Below, piece by piece: positions 62,053-64,000 of a DNA stretch of 64,000 nucleotides. Every line of letters begins with the position of its first letter. Position 1 is the stretch's first letter. Source of the stretch: Felis catus. Lineage: Eukaryota. The translations under genes and the position numbers were made by a program. The stretch lies in the NCBI RefSeq assembly GCF_018350175.1, contig NC_058368.1, forward strand, positions 190,342,001 through 190,406,000. Reading direction: 5' to 3'. The notes under the pieces were generated by a model that saw nothing but the letters and a program-made list of their open reading frames with translations, made no database searches and was not told where the DNA came from.

Positions 62053-63571
62053 CTCCCTTTCAATGTTTCAGGAGTATAACAGAAAAAAATGGAGGAGCTC
62101 TATCTTAGAGGAGTTTATGGTCTAGAATTGAGTACTTTTCAAGACCATAGCCATGTGTGGCTATTTAAATTTAAGTTAATTAAATAAAATTAAGTTAATT
62201 ATTTTTAACTTCTAAGTTGTACTAGTTGCATTTCAAGTGCTCAGTAGTCAGATGTGACTAACAGCTACTATATTGCACAACATCCATATGCTATAATAAC
62301 TCCGTCATCATGGAAAGTTCTAATGAACAGTACAAGGGAAAGGAAGGATGGACAATGCACACACATCAAGGGCAACAAGGTAAGAAATGCTGCACAGAGA
62401 ACTGAAATAGTGTAATAGAGTGATGGGTTGGCTACTTTAGACAGAGGGACCAGAAGAATGTCTGAGAAGGTGACAGTTAAACAAGGGCCCAAAAGACAAA
62501 GAGAAATCTGAAACTCGTGGGGTAAAGGAATGGAGATCTAGGCAGAGGGTATCACTAGGGAAAAAGTCCTAATATGGGGATACATTTGAAAGAACCCCAA
62601 ATGGCTGGAGCCCCGTGGCAGGGGAGAGAGACATAGAAGAAATTTGAGAGGTAGGCAGGATACAGATAACTGGGGGGGATTTTGTAAATCTGGGTAAGAC
62701 ATTAGGGTGTTTTCTTGCTTTTTGTTGTTTTCTGAGAGAGCCGTGGGAACATCGTAAGGGGAAGAGTGACACAATCTGATTATATATTTACCAATTACAT
62801 CATTCTGCCTGATTTTATTAGTTGCTTACTTACCTGTCTCTCCACCTGATTGCACAATCCTGGGTTTTTTCATTCTTAGTATATTAAGTCATGCGTCATT
62901 AGCCTCAATATATTGATAGCAAATGTGGTATGATTGAATTAAATTAGAAAAATCCTTATCATTGACCTTCTGGGCTTTGACTAAGTCTCGGAGTATAACG
63001 AAGCTAGTCATAAAATATTTTGCCTCCCAAATAAATATAAGGCACGACCTACTTCTTTGTGAAGCATTTCAGAATGTGTTCCCCCACTTTTGCTGGTGGT
63101 CAACGTGGGGTCAATAGTGTTCCCTTTAAATGGAGAATAAGAGGAGGATGGGAATCCAGAAAGGAGTTGTCCCTTGTGAGAACTCATCTTGTTACCCAAT
63201 TGAGTTCAAGTGTGTGGCATCGTAAAGCTAGGAGGACTAATAAAGGTCATATAATCCAATTGTTGGATGGAAGAGGTGAGTTTCAGCAAATAGGCCAGGG
63301 GGACAGCCAGTGTGAAGGCCCAGTGACAGGAAAGAGCTTGTATTCGTGAAGGTAGAGTAGATTCTAAGACAGGGGCCCCCTCCACACACAGAAGCACCCC
63401 ACACCCCCAACAAGGCTGGTGCAGGAGCAGGCTGGAGAGGGCACACTCTAAGGGGACTGGGTGCTACAGGCCATTGCTGGCCATCTAATTGTATTTCATA
63501 ACAAAGCAGAAAAACTGAGTTCTCATGTGGGCTCTCTAGATTTCTAAATGGTGGCCATTAATTAAAAATGA

Positions 63572-63678
63572 TTTTTTTTAAAGATTAGTTTTTAATGTAA
63601 TCTCTACGTGGGGTTTGAAACTCACCACCCCAAGATCAAGAGTTGCATGCTCTACCAACTGAGCCAGCCAGGTGCCCC
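63572..63678 (-). mobile_element. Short tRNA-derived carnivore SINE
   Basis: Antisense ...gagttgcatgctctaccaactgagccagccaggtgcccc. Confidence 0.78.
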
Positions 63679-64000
63679 CAAGAAAAGAATTTTTGAACAC
63701 TGTGGTACAAAGCACTTCTGTGGGCCAAGTATAGTCTTTAGGCCACCAGTTTGTAGTATTAGGCTTTAGGTCTTTTTCCCAAGTGCAGAGACTGCTGGAG
63801 TCAGGAGTTCACATTCCCGAGCAGCACAGGACCCGTTGCCACTGTTTTCATGTCTCCGTGAAGCCTGTGATGGGCTGCAATTAGCCTAGAAATGGAGCAT
63901 CAGTACCTTCCTGGGAGGAAGTTACTGAATCTTTAGATCAGAGGACAGTTAATGAAGTACTAGGCAGGCTGACACATACTTGTATGGCTTAATGATTAAG

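Noticed and set aside
49300..64000. HAVCR1 or an additional TIM paralog/pseudogene
   Set aside because: No second IgV exon or TIM-like leader found in the ORF track or by eye

Overview
Mammalian genomic DNA from a cat-family (felid/feliform) carnivore, inferred from abundant feline-type tRNA-derived CAN-SINEs and carnivore L1s. The window covers the MED7-HAVCR2 segment of the TIM gene cluster, with both genes on the + strand. MED7 has a CpG-island promoter (~5.3 kb), a non-coding exon 1 and an intact single-exon 233-aa CDS (10705-11406). HAVCR2 (TIM-3) was reconstructed by hand as 7 GT-AG exons (34846-48711, 843 nt, 280 aa, intact). The rest is mostly repeats: a decayed near-full-length L1 nested in an older L1, more than 20 CAN-SINEs (many with TSDs, three nested), MER DNA transposons, MaLR/ERV solo LTRs, L2/MIR and microsatellites. 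The main observations are: (1) an intron-2 read-through/polyA unit that would give a secreted IgV-only TIM-3 ending GEWTFACLLYE; (2) a 475-bp, ~97% identical direct duplication bracketing the HAVCR2 promoter and exons 1-3; (3) several templated-insertion or fold-back repair scars; (4) micro-uORFs in the HAVCR2 leader; (5) an intact solo LTR downstream of HAVCR2. All alignments and motif scans were done by eye, and comparisons with human/mouse are from memory.
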